This document shows, in pieces, positions 27,947 through 37,440 of a stretch of DNA of 64,000 nucleotides. The stretch spans positions 1 to 64,000 of the forward strand of contig JBMFRB010000007.1 in NCBI GenBank assembly GCA_049968255.1. Direction: 5' to 3'. Below the pieces are notes generated by a model that saw nothing but the letters and a program-made list of their open reading frames with translations, was not told the DNA's origin and did no database searches. A program made the translations under genes and the position numbers. Positions within the stretch are counted from its first letter, which is position 1; every line of letters starts with the position of its first letter. This stretch comes from Candidatus Sumerlaeaceae bacterium (GTDB lineage Bacteria > Sumerlaeota > Sumerlaeia > Sumerlaeales > Sumerlaeaceae).

Positions 27947-29173
27947 CTAGGCGCTTTTGGCCTCCGAAAGCTCAAATTCTTCATGGATGGCCTGGACGGC
28001 GCGATCGACGTCCTCCTCGCGAATGACGCAGGAGATTTTGATTTCGGACGTACTAATCATTTCGATGTTGATATTATTTTTTGCCAGAGCGCGGAACATC
28101 GTCCCGGCCACGTTCGCGTGGCTCTTCATTCCCACACCAACGACGGAGACTTTGGCAATTTTGCTATCGGAGACCACTTCTTTTGCACCGATGCGCTGAG
28201 CAACGTCGCGAGCCACTTCGAGCGCCTGCGCGAGGTCTTCTTTCGATACAGTAAAGGAAATGTCGTTTAGCCCGTTGGCGCCGACATTCTGAATGATCAT
28301 GTCGACGACAATGTTCTTGGCGCCTAAGGCGCCAAACACCTCCGCCGCGATGCCGGGCCGATCCGGCACACCGAGAATCGAGACTTTGGCTTCGTTGCGA
28401 TTGTAAGCCACGCCACTGACGACGATATCTTCCATTTCTTTGACCTCCTTGACGACCATTGTGCCCGGCACGTCGACGAAGCTCGACCGGACATGGATGG
28501 GGACATTGTAATTTTTGGCGAATTCCACGCTGCGCGAGTGCAAGACTTTGGCGCCGAGGCTGGCGAGTTCCAACATTTCGTCGTACGAGATTCGCTCGAG
28601 TTTGCGAGCGTTGGGAACAATGCGCGGGTCAGCCGTGTACACGCCGTCGACGTCGGTGTAAATGTCGCAGACGTGGGCATTAAGGGCGGCAGCAAGGGCG
28701 ACCGCTGTTGTGTCGCTGCCACCGCGCCCGAGGGTGGTAATTTCGTTGTCCATCGTCATCCCTTGGAAGCCGGCGACGATGACGATTCGCCCTTTGTCGA
28801 GTTCGGCACGAATTCTTTCATCATTGATGTGGACAATCTTTGCTTTGCGATGGGCATTGTCTGTGATGATACCAACCTGAGGCCCAGTGAATGACTTGGC
28901 TGGATAGCCCATGGACTGAATTGCAATGGCGAGCATTGCGATGGAAATCTGCTCGCCTGTGGAAATGAGCATATCGATTTCGCGTGGATCGGGGTTGTCG
29001 GTAATTTGATGGGCAAGGTCGAGAAGCTTATCTGTCGTCTTGCCCATCGCCGAGACCACGACAACCACTTGGTTGCCTCGGTCGTACTCGCGCGTGACGA
29101 GTCTTGCGACGTGGCGAATGCGATCCGGGTCGGCGACGCTCGATCCTCCGAATTTCTGGACAACGAGAGCCAC
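27947..29173 (-). CDS. lysC: Aspartate kinase
   Basis: VQKFGGSSV, VVSAMG, TTLGRGGSDTTA, YTDVDGVYTADPR, two ACT domains. Confidence 0.97.
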   Translation of the reverse strand: MALVVQKFGGSSVADPDRIRHVARLVTREYDRGNQVVVVVSAMGKTTDKLLDLAHQITDNPDPREIDMLISTGEQISIAMLAIAIQSMGYPAKSFTGPQVGIITDNAHRKAKIVHINDERIRAELDKGRIVIVAGFQGMTMDNEITTLGRGGSDTTAVALAAALNAHVCDIYTDVDGVYTADPRIVPNARKLERISYDEMLELASLGAKVLHSRSVEFAKNYNVPIHVRSSFVDVPGTMVVKEVKEMEDIVVSGVAYNRNEAKVSILGVPDRPGIAAEVFGALGAKNIVVDMIIQNVGANGLNDISFTVSKEDLAQALEVARDVAQRIGAKEVVSDSKIAKVSVVGVGMKSHANVAGTMFRALAKNNINIEMISTSEIKISCVIREEDVDRAVQAIHEEFELSEAKSA

Positions 29174-29261
29174 TGTCGTGAAATCCTCTCTTCCAATTAT
29201 TGTTTGATCGCTTTTTCAGTGAGGAAACAATCCGATGCAATTGGAATTTTCTAGCGGCTGA

Positions 29262-29579
29262 CTAGCCTGTCCACTCGTCGGGGACCTCGAGAAAAACGCT
29301 GTCGCCCTCGATGAAAACAGGCGCGAGAGTCAGGCGTGCGTGGGGGTTTGTGAGACCTTTGCCCGTGGCGACGTCGAATTGCCATGCGTGCCATGGGCAG
29401 GTGATTTGCGTTCCCTCGAGGTTGCCTTGCGCCAACTGGGCACCACGATGGGGACACTCGCTGTGGAAAGCACAGAGTTTGCCGTTTGCTCGCACAACCG
29501 CGAGCGAGTGGGGTCCCACCCACACCGTGATGATTTTTCCTTCAGAGAAGTCTGTCGTTTTGCCGGCAAAAATGCGCAT
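29262..29579 (-). CDS. Rieske [2Fe-2S] ferredoxin
   Basis: CPHRG...ITCPWHAWQFD Rieske ligands; 105 aa. Confidence 0.92.
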   Translation of the reverse strand: MRIFAGKTTDFSEGKIITVWVGPHSLAVVRANGKLCAFHSECPHRGAQLAQGNLEGTQITCPWHAWQFDVATGKGLTNPHARLTLAPVFIEGDSVFLEVPDEWTG

Positions 29580-29596
29580 GAGAGGAAATCCCTCGT

Positions 29597-30688
29597 TTAT
29601 AGGCGTCCGAGAAGCGCGGTTGTTTCTTCAAATCCGCACATAATGTTCATGTTCTGCACGGCTTGGCCCGCGGCACCTTTCAGCAGGTTATCTGTGACGG
29701 AAATTACCACGACGGTTCGGGTGCGCTGATCCACACGGACGCCGATGTCGCAGTAGTTAGTGTAGGCAACGGTTTCGATCTGCGGCAGGCTATCCGGAGG
29801 ATAGACGCGCACGAACGGCTCGTCGCGGTAGGCTGAGCGGAGAATTTCGTATACGTCGTCGGCAGTAGGGAGAGGCTCGTCGTCGGCGATGCGTAAATAG
29901 CAATCGGCCATAATTCCGACCTTGTAAGGACCGACGTGAGGCACAAAGAGGACACGGACGTCCGTGAACGGCTGCGTTTTCTTCGCGCCCTTTCGGCGAC
30001 TCGCCGCAAAGGACAGCTCTTGTTCGATTTCCGGGGTGTGCTGGTGATTGCCGATTCGGTAGGCGCGCACATTTTCTGCGACTGCGATGAACTGATTTTC
30101 GAGCTTGGGGGCTCGGCCTGCGCCCGAAGCGCCGGAAATTGCGTCAATAAGAATTGGATAGCGGAGACCTATGCCTGCTTGAACGAGCGGCGCACATGCA
30201 AGAATGGCGGTTGTGGTGTAGCAGCCAGGGTTTGCAACGATCCGCGCTTTGGCGATTTTCGAGCGATAGAGCTCGGGCAACCCATACACAGCCTCACGCA
30301 GTAGTTGAGGATAGCGATGTTCCAGGCCATACCACGTAGGATAGTCCTTAGGATTTTTGAGGCGGTAGTCGGCGCTCAAATCGATGAATTTGGCGCCTGT
30401 CGCCAAAATTTCCCGCACGTGCGGGAAAGTTTCGCCAGGCCGCTTGCACGAGAACACAATGCTGCACTTGGCGAGCTTTTTTGTGTCGAAATCGTCAAAA
30501 GAGAGATCAACGTCGCGGAGATGAGTGTGCACTGACCAAATCGGTTGCCCGGGCGATGATTCACTGACAAGGCTGACTAGCTTGACGAAGGGATGACGAA
30601 GAAGGATATCTATGAGGCGGCCTGCTCCCAAACCCGCAGCTCCGATGATTCCAACGTGCGCCTCTTTTTTTCGCGTAACACCAGCCAT
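29597..30688 (-). CDS. argC: N-acetyl-gamma-glutamyl-phosphate reductase
   Basis: IDLSADYRL, YGLPEL, ANPGCYTT, SGASGAG, HQHTPEIEQ, DNLLKGAAGQAVQNMN. Confidence 0.96.
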   Translation of the reverse strand: MAGVTRKKEAHVGIIGAAGLGAGRLIDILLRHPFVKLVSLVSESSPGQPIWSVHTHLRDVDLSFDDFDTKKLAKCSIVFSCKRPGETFPHVREILATGAKFIDLSADYRLKNPKDYPTWYGLEHRYPQLLREAVYGLPELYRSKIAKARIVANPGCYTTTAILACAPLVQAGIGLRYPILIDAISGASGAGRAPKLENQFIAVAENVRAYRIGNHQHTPEIEQELSFAASRRKGAKKTQPFTDVRVLFVPHVGPYKVGIMADCYLRIADDEPLPTADDVYEILRSAYRDEPFVRVYPPDSLPQIETVAYTNYCDIGVRVDQRTRTVVVISVTDNLLKGAAGQAVQNMNIMCGFEETTALLGRL

Positions 30689-30846
30689 GTTTTCCTCGTT
30701 TGATCGATCTGGGAAGCATTCAGGGACATTGCTTTGCTATTGTACAGAATAGACAATTGTATTTTTTGATTTGAGAGACTAGTAAGTACAACCAACGACT
30801 TTGCGAGAAGGCAACGAAGGAGACCTGTAGGAAAGGGGGAAGTGTG

Positions 30847-31968
30847 ATGAAGGAAAATTACTATCGCATATTGGAAGTGCCTGAAAACGCAACCCAAGAG
30901 GAGATCAAAAAAGCTTATCGCAAACTTGCGTTAAAATACCACCCGGACCGCAATCGCAACAATCCAGAAGCTGAGGAGAAGTTTAAACAGATTACCGAAG
31001 CGTATGAAGTTCTGAGCGATCCGCAAAAACGGGCTCAATACGATGCCATGCGGCGCGGTGCATTCGCTGGCGGCTTCACAGGAGGCGGACGAGCACAAGG
31101 TCCGTTTGCAGGCGCAGGCGGCGCAACAGGCTTCACATTCAGTGAATTTGGTGGCTTCGCCGACATTTTTGAGCAACTGTTTCGAGAACGGGGCGGGCGC
31201 GGCACCCGCACTGGTTTTGCGGACTTTGGGTTCGATGAAGAGGAAGCCCGCGGCAATGATGTCGAGGCGGATATAACAATTCCATTCGAGGTCGCGGTGC
31301 GGGGGGGTAAACAAACGATCACTTTCACGAAAACAGACCGCTGCCCCAATTGCGGCGGTTCGGGTGCTCAACCAGGAAGTCGCGTGGCCCCATGTGCGCA
31401 GTGCGGTGGGCGTGGCACGGTGACGGTGTCGCAGGGGGCCTTTGGAGTTACGCGCATTTGCCCTGGCTGTGGAGGACGTGGCCACGTGATTACAACACCG
31501 TGCGTTGTGTGCCGCGGAACTGGTTACACCGCACGGCCAAAAACACTGACGGTGAAGATCCCTGCTGGGGTAAAAGATGGGCAAATCATTCGGCTAGCGG
31601 GCGAGGGTCAACCGGGTATCAATGGAGGCCCTTCGGGCGATTTCTTGCTGCGTGTCCATGTGCAGCCGCATCCGATTTTCCGTCGCGAGGGGGACAATAT
31701 CATTGTTGATAAAGAAATAGACCTTGCGACTGCTGTCTTAGGCGGCCAGGTTTCGGTACCCACACTCGATGGTGAGGTGAAGCTGAAAATCCCCGCGGGC
31801 ACACAAAGCGGCACCGTCTTTCGGCTGAAGGGGCGAGGTGTGCACCGGCGCGGCTCAGCGGTAGGTGATCAGCACGTCGTGGTGAAGGTGGCCACGCCGA
31901 AAAATCTCACCGAGAAGCAAAAAGCGGCATTTCGGGCTTTCGCACGCGAGATGGGTTGGAATATATAA
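30847..31968 (+). CDS. dnaJ: Molecular chaperone DnaJ
   Basis: J domain with HPD, G/F-rich region, four CxxCxGxG repeats, C-terminal domain. Confidence 0.96.
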   Translation: MKENYYRILEVPENATQEEIKKAYRKLALKYHPDRNRNNPEAEEKFKQITEAYEVLSDPQKRAQYDAMRRGAFAGGFTGGGRAQGPFAGAGGATGFTFSEFGGFADIFEQLFRERGGRGTRTGFADFGFDEEEARGNDVEADITIPFEVAVRGGKQTITFTKTDRCPNCGGSGAQPGSRVAPCAQCGGRGTVTVSQGAFGVTRICPGCGGRGHVITTPCVVCRGTGYTARPKTLTVKIPAGVKDGQIIRLAGEGQPGINGGPSGDFLLRVHVQPHPIFRREGDNIIVDKEIDLATAVLGGQVSVPTLDGEVKLKIPAGTQSGTVFRLKGRGVHRRGSAVGDQHVVVKVATPKNLTEKQKAAFRAFAREMGWNI

Positions 31969-32007
31969 AAGATCTCGTCTGCGTAGTCGTCTGTTATCGA
32001 TTTAGTT

Positions 32008-33570
32008 TTATTGTGATCCTGCAGGCTCGTGGAGAAGAACGTGAATATCTCCGCGCCCAGGGAAACGAGCGACTTCGCGAAAATGCTGGCGCAATAGGTT
32101 CCAGTACTCTTGGGGTCGTACCTGCCCAAAAAAGGGCGTGATGTACCAAAGTCGGCGATTAGATGAGAGGGCCAACCGCAATGCTTCGGTGGTGGAAGAA
32201 TCCACCTTGCGACCGTTTTCGAGAATGAGCCAGCGCGGTACTTGGTGATCCCAGTGGAACACTTTCGAGTAGGCCCAGAGCACCTCAATGTCTGCATTCG
32301 GTCCACAGAATACAATGTCGGTGTGGCCGATGCGTGCACTGACCCACTTAACGGCGGACAGCCAATCGTGAACAGGTGTGCGCGCATAATACACGGCTGA
32401 TGGTAGCTCCAGAGCTGCGATGATGGCACTCGTCCCTAACCAGGCGGAGGCGACCACGGTTGGCCCCCAGCGCTGACGCAAGAGAGCAAGTGCGCGCTGA
32501 AGGAGCACGCCGCAACTCCAGAGCAAGGGGATCGAGAACCCAACAAGATAGCGGGGCGCGAGAAAGAACGTCGTGAGAAGAGCAGCGCTCAAAATGCCAC
32601 CGCCGAACATTGTGCCCCAGCCCATAAAGATCAATGTGCGTTCAGGCTGACGATGTCGCAGACGGGAGATCGATACTACTGTTAGTGTGACAGGGGGTAA
32701 GCAGATTAGTATTGCGAACCATGGCTCATGAGAGATTTCGTTCGCAAAATCGCGCAGACGGAGTAAAGCTCGCGAAACAGAGACTTCTCCCCCTGGCGTC
32801 GCTTTTGCGGCGATACGGGATATCCAAGCAACGAGATAGGGAACAATCAGGAGACCTGCGACAAGCAGATGCCCAAGCATCCATTTCCGTGCAGCGGGTC
32901 GCCGCAGAGCGTCCAGCTGTGATGACAACGAAAGTGCAGCAAGCCAGGCAGGAGCACACCAGACTAAGTTAATGGGGGTGAAGTAAAAGGAGAGCACCGT
33001 GGTGAGGGTCAACGCGCCGAGCGGGCTCCAGCATTTGCTGGACCGTGCTGCGGGTTTGCAAGCAAGTTTCCAAAGCGCGTGCCATTGAACAAGCAACAAC
33101 AGGGCTGTCCATGCATAGCCGCGCGCCCCCATCGAAAAATCCACATAAGGAGGGAAAGCTGCGGCCAAGAGAGCCATGGTGGCCGCGGCTCGCCTGCTCC
33201 CCCACCAAGACTTTCCGAAAGCGTAGGTAAGGGCGACAAAGAAGAGAGCGGCAACAACTCCAGGAAGGCGCAGCCAGAACTCTCCGCCGCCTGGTTTAGT
33301 CATCTTGGCGAAGAGTCCTTCCATGAGGTAGGCAAGTGGTCCTGGCCCCGTGTCTTGGATGGTGAATCCGATAAGACTTTCCGCGGGCTTGCGCGTGGGA
33401 TCCCACAAGTCTGGACCGACGAGGGGGCGCGTAGCAACTTGGGCTGTTATGAGCTCGTCAATCCACCAACTACGTTGCTGGAAAGCGGGTAGACGTACGA
33501 GCACTGCAAGAGCAAAGCTTATCCCCAGAACTGTGACGACATTTCGCTTCCATTTCCATTGCGCACGCAC
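32008..33570 (-). CDS. GT-C fold membrane glycosyltransferase (GT39/GT83-like)
   Basis: SWWIDE motif after first TM, EFWLRLP, ARGYA, many TM helices, C-terminal periplasmic domain. Confidence 0.75.
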   Translation of the reverse strand: MRAQWKWKRNVVTVLGISFALAVLVRLPAFQQRSWWIDELITAQVATRPLVGPDLWDPTRKPAESLIGFTIQDTGPGPLAYLMEGLFAKMTKPGGGEFWLRLPGVVAALFFVALTYAFGKSWWGSRRAAATMALLAAAFPPYVDFSMGARGYAWTALLLLVQWHALWKLACKPAARSSKCWSPLGALTLTTVLSFYFTPINLVWCAPAWLAALSLSSQLDALRRPAARKWMLGHLLVAGLLIVPYLVAWISRIAAKATPGGEVSVSRALLRLRDFANEISHEPWFAILICLPPVTLTVVSISRLRHRQPERTLIFMGWGTMFGGGILSAALLTTFFLAPRYLVGFSIPLLWSCGVLLQRALALLRQRWGPTVVASAWLGTSAIIAALELPSAVYYARTPVHDWLSAVKWVSARIGHTDIVFCGPNADIEVLWAYSKVFHWDHQVPRWLILENGRKVDSSTTEALRLALSSNRRLWYITPFFGQVRPQEYWNLLRQHFREVARFPGRGDIHVLLHEPAGSQ

Positions 33571-33581
33571 GCGGGTAACCG

Positions 33582-34523
33582 TTACACGCCGAGTTTTTCC
33601 TTATACCACTCGATGGTCCGGCGAAGTCCCTCACGGAAATCAATAACCACTTTATAGCCAAGGCTTTTCTGGGCGGCAGAAATATCGGCAAGGGAGTGCC
33701 GGACGTCGCCTGCACGCGGCGGCGCAAAAATTGGTTGGATCGAGGTTCCAAGGAGGTCGTTGATTTCGCGAACGAGATCGAGGAGGCTGAAAGCTGCGCC
33801 ACAGGCAACGTTGAACACGCGGCCGGCAACATTCGGCGCCTCCGCTGCGGCCACATTCGCCAGCACATTGTTCAGGACAAAGGTAAAATCACGCGTTTGC
33901 GTGCCGTCGCCATAAATCGTGGGGCGTTCGCCTCGCAGCATCGCCGTAATAAACTTGGGAATCACGGCGCTGTATTGCGAGGTCGGATCCTGGCGCGGGC
34001 CGAACACGTTGAAATAGCGCAGCGACACGGTTTCTAGACCGTAACAGGTGGTGAAGGCATGCATGTAGTATTCGCCGGCGAGCTTGGACACAGCGTAGGG
34101 CGACTTGGGACGCGGAAGAAGATCCTCCGATTTCACGAGGGAAGGCTGGTCGCCATAAGCGGAAGAGCTTGCGGCATAAACGACGCGTTTGACGCCACTC
34201 GCCAGGCAAGCACGTAGGAGAATCACTGTCCCTTCCACGTTGACCCGGTTCGATGTCTCTGGGTCTTCGATACTGCGTGGTACGCTGGGCAGCGCCGCCT
34301 GATGCAGCACATAATCTACGCCTCGCACGGCACGTTCAACTGCGCTTCGATCGAGAAGATCGCTCTCGATGAATTCGATCCTGTCCGCAAAGGAAGCGAT
34401 GTTTTCGCGTTTGCCCGTTGCCAGGTTATCAAGAATTCGTACTTCGTGCCCCTGCTCAACAAGATACTCCGCGAGATTTGAACCGATAAATCCGCACCCA
34501 CCAGTGACTAGATATTTGGCCAT
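33582..34523 (-). CDS. NAD-dependent epimerase (WbpP/TviC-like UDP-HexNAc 4-epimerase)
   Basis: TGGCGFIGS, HQAALPSVPRS, YAASSSAYG, YAVSK, RYFNVFGPRQDP. Confidence 0.9.
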   Translation of the reverse strand: MAKYLVTGGCGFIGSNLAEYLVEQGHEVRILDNLATGKRENIASFADRIEFIESDLLDRSAVERAVRGVDYVLHQAALPSVPRSIEDPETSNRVNVEGTVILLRACLASGVKRVVYAASSSAYGDQPSLVKSEDLLPRPKSPYAVSKLAGEYYMHAFTTCYGLETVSLRYFNVFGPRQDPTSQYSAVIPKFITAMLRGERPTIYGDGTQTRDFTFVLNNVLANVAAAEAPNVAGRVFNVACGAAFSLLDLVREINDLLGTSIQPIFAPPRAGDVRHSLADISAAQKSLGYKVVIDFREGLRRTIEWYKEKLGV

Positions 34524-34716
34524 AGTTCCACCGAGCGAAACATTTGTTGGCGGCCAGAGGACCGTCGATCACGTAACGCGCTACATACGAGACAGAAAAA
34601 GCAATCGCCAAGACGGAGCGGAAAATCTTCGTGTTGACGTGGAGTGAACAGTAGGGCATCTGACGCACATAGACAGAGCGAGCACTGCTCGGTTACTCTA
34701 TGGGAAAGGGTCCACA

Positions 34717-35874
34717 ATGATGAAAAAGGCGACTTTATGCACTCAGCGTTTTTTGGTCGTTGGATTGTGCATCTTGAGCGCTTGGGCAACGGCGCGCCCC
34801 TTGCCACCGGTGAGTGTGGAAATCGCGAAGAGAGCATGGAGCGCTAAGCCCCATGCCAAGGAAACCACTCGAACGTTTGAGCAACGACTGCGAAAAGAGA
34901 TTCGGGAGCTAGCGCTTAAACCTGTCAACAAGCTAGAGGATCCGGAGAAGTGGAAACTGCTGGCGTATCTTCACGACATTCCGTGGAAAAAGCTTCCTCA
35001 AAGCTGGCAGACATGGTATCTGGAGACAATGCCGAATCCGCGACTGACAGCGGAACAAACGTCAGCGAGTCTCGAGCGCGTGGCGCAAAAGCGATTCTGG
35101 GAAATTACGCCGAAAGAACTGGATGTGTACCTCGGCTGGGCTAAGCAGAATGTTCCGGAGTTGCGACAGCGCGTAGTGCACTATGCACGCAAACGCGTGG
35201 GACAACCTTACGAAATGTATCTGTTAGGCGAATTTCCGTTCGAGATTTACGATCCGCAGCCCCTTTTCGAGCTGAGCAAGAGCGATTGCGTTGTCTTCTG
35301 CGAGCACACTTATGCCATGGCGCTGAGCTCGAACTGGAAGGAGTTCTTCGCTACGCTTCAAAAGATTCGCTACAAGAATGGCGAGATCGGCATGCTGACG
35401 CGCAACCATTACACCGAGGCCGACTGGAACAAGAACAACTCGTGGCTGGTGAAAGACGTCACGCGCGAACTAGGCGGATCGAAGGTTGCCCATTTCACAG
35501 AGAAGATCGACCGCGAGAAGTTCTTTTCGAGATTTGGCATTGGCCAGGGAATTCCGGTGCAGATCTTGCAGGACGATTACATTCCGGCGGAGGCGATTCC
35601 AGAAATTGTTGGGAAATTACGCGACGGGGATTTCGTGAACGTGGTGCGCGGAATTGGGGCCGATGTGTGGGTTGGCCACACCGGGCTCATCGCTCACAAC
35701 GAAAAGGGTGAGGTCACGCTCATTCACTCGACTCCGCCAAAGGTCGTTGAGGTGCCACTGCTGAGATACGTGGAAGAGAACGTGAAAAAGAATGCCGAGC
35801 GAGCTAAAAAGAACCACGCGCAGTTTCTTGGGATGAAGTTCTTGAGACTGCGCGCGGAAGAGCTTCAGCGCTGA
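34717..35874 (+). CDS. Exported DUF1460 / NlpC-P60-type N-acetylmuramoyl-L-alanine amidase-like protein
   Basis: Signal peptide; GQPY...LLGE, SDCVVFCE, RNHY, GHTG, IHS motifs. Confidence 0.8.
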   Translation: MMKKATLCTQRFLVVGLCILSAWATARPLPPVSVEIAKRAWSAKPHAKETTRTFEQRLRKEIRELALKPVNKLEDPEKWKLLAYLHDIPWKKLPQSWQTWYLETMPNPRLTAEQTSASLERVAQKRFWEITPKELDVYLGWAKQNVPELRQRVVHYARKRVGQPYEMYLLGEFPFEIYDPQPLFELSKSDCVVFCEHTYAMALSSNWKEFFATLQKIRYKNGEIGMLTRNHYTEADWNKNNSWLVKDVTRELGGSKVAHFTEKIDREKFFSRFGIGQGIPVQILQDDYIPAEAIPEIVGKLRDGDFVNVVRGIGADVWVGHTGLIAHNEKGEVTLIHSTPPKVVEVPLLRYVEENVKKNAERAKKNHAQFLGMKFLRLRAEELQR

Positions 35875-35917
35875 CAAACCGCTTACGCATGCACCTCGCT
35901 TACAAGGCCGGTTATAC

Positions 35918-35965
35918 AGAGGGCGATTTCGGTTAGTCGACCTGACAATCGCCCTCTTGGCTTTT
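35918..35965 (+). terminator. Putative intrinsic terminator between convergent genes
   Basis: 11 bp perfect inverted repeat AGAGGGCGATT / AATCGCCCTCT followed by TGGCTTTT. Confidence 0.55.
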
Positions 35966-36084
35966 AGCCTTGTTGACCGGGTGCTGGCGCGCGTTGGACC
36001 GATCAGGCGCACCCACTCTACACATGGCTCGAGGTCGATCGCCAGAGAGTTGCCTTGCGGATGCAGCAGAAGAGCAAGACGCGA

Positions 36085-37296
36085 TTATGCGTTTTCCTCG
36101 TCTTCGAAGAGTGCATCCACAAATTCGCGCGGATCGAAATCGCGCAGATCCTCGACGCTTTCGCCCACGCCAATCTTCACAACCGGGATGGCGAAAAGGT
36201 TTCTGATGCCGATAAGAACTCCGCCTTTAGCGGTCCCGTCGAGTTTTGTCATAATAAGCCCAGTGACGGGAATTGCCTCTGTAAACACTTTCGCTTGTTG
36301 AATAGCGTTTTGGCCGGTTGTGGCGTCAAGAACGAGGAGGGTGTCGTGTGGAGCATTGGGCATGAGTTTTTTGACAACTCGCACAATCTTTTTTAATTCC
36401 TCCATGAGGTTAGCTTTTGTGTGCAGGCGACCGGCGGTATCTATCATGAGGACATCATAATTTTCCGTCATGGCTTTCGTGATGGCATCGTAAGCCACGC
36501 CCGCTGGATCAGCCCCCATCTGTTTCGCAACAAGTTCGGCCCCCGTACGCTGAGCCCATATTCCAAGCTGCTCGATTGCGGCTGCGCGGAAAGTATCACC
36601 TGCGACGAGCAAGGTCTTTTTGCCTTGCGCTCGAAACTCTGCAGCGAGTTTTCCTATTGTCGTGGTTTTTCCGGTGCCGTTTACACCGACGAAAAGGATA
36701 ACCCACGGACGCTCGGCTGGCGGAGTGAGTCGGTGCATTTGCACGCCCACAATTTGAAGGAGCTGTTTTTTGAAATTTGCGATGAGTTCGTCGGTCGAGG
36801 CGCCGCGTGCTTCGAATTCGCGCATTTCTTCAATGATTTTGAACGTGGTTTCTGCTCCCACGTCGGCACGTATGAGAATTTCCTCGATGCGTTCGATGAG
36901 GTGCTCGTCTACTTTGCCCGCTGCTTTGACAGCGGCCTTGATCTGACCAACGATTTCCTCTCGAGTTTTGCGGATTCGCTGACCGAGAGCGGCTCTAAGT
37001 TTCCCGAAGAATCCTCGAGGTTGCTCGTCTAGCGCCTGTTGTGCCACCACCTCGGCTTCTCTGGCTTGTAACAGACTCTCGGAGCTGGGCACGGGTTGCG
37101 CGACATCTGTTGCAGGAGCAACAGAACTCGTTGGCACCGCCTCGGCTGGGGCCACAGTATCAGCCACGGGCGAGGTCGCTTCCTCTGAGGACTCTTGCAC
37201 CACGGGGTCCTGTAAGCTCTGTTCTTGCGCTTCGGTGCCGCCTTCGTTTGCTAATGGCGCCGGTTGCTCTTGTTTCTTTTTCCAAAAGAAAAGCAT
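36085..37296 (-). CDS. ftsY: Signal recognition particle receptor FtsY
   Basis: GVNGTGKTTT, DTFRAAA, DTAGR, DATTGQN, TKLDGTAKGG; acidic N-terminal extension. Confidence 0.97.
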   Translation of the reverse strand: MLFFWKKKQEQPAPLANEGGTEAQEQSLQDPVVQESSEEATSPVADTVAPAEAVPTSSVAPATDVAQPVPSSESLLQAREAEVVAQQALDEQPRGFFGKLRAALGQRIRKTREEIVGQIKAAVKAAGKVDEHLIERIEEILIRADVGAETTFKIIEEMREFEARGASTDELIANFKKQLLQIVGVQMHRLTPPAERPWVILFVGVNGTGKTTTIGKLAAEFRAQGKKTLLVAGDTFRAAAIEQLGIWAQRTGAELVAKQMGADPAGVAYDAITKAMTENYDVLMIDTAGRLHTKANLMEELKKIVRVVKKLMPNAPHDTLLVLDATTGQNAIQQAKVFTEAIPVTGLIMTKLDGTAKGGVLIGIRNLFAIPVVKIGVGESVEDLRDFDPREFVDALFEDEENA

Positions 37297-37440
37297 AAAG
37301 ATTCGATCCTTCGTGCAGATTTCTGCTTCTGAACTGTTGAGCCTTTAGGCCGACACGATGTCTATGATTTTGCGTCGGTGCCGGAAGTTGATGCCGGCAG
37401 GATTCCTCTGCTGCAAAAATACAAAGAAGGAGTAAACCTC

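Noticed and set aside
29174-29261. Possible lysine riboswitch upstream of lysC
   Set aside because: Only 88 bp are available and no L-box motifs are visible.
30689-30846. AT-rich argC/dnaJ divergent region with short palindrome CTATT-GTACAG-AATAG; checked for CIRCE, HAIR and ARG boxes
   Set aside because: No consensus match; 5 bp arms are within chance expectation.
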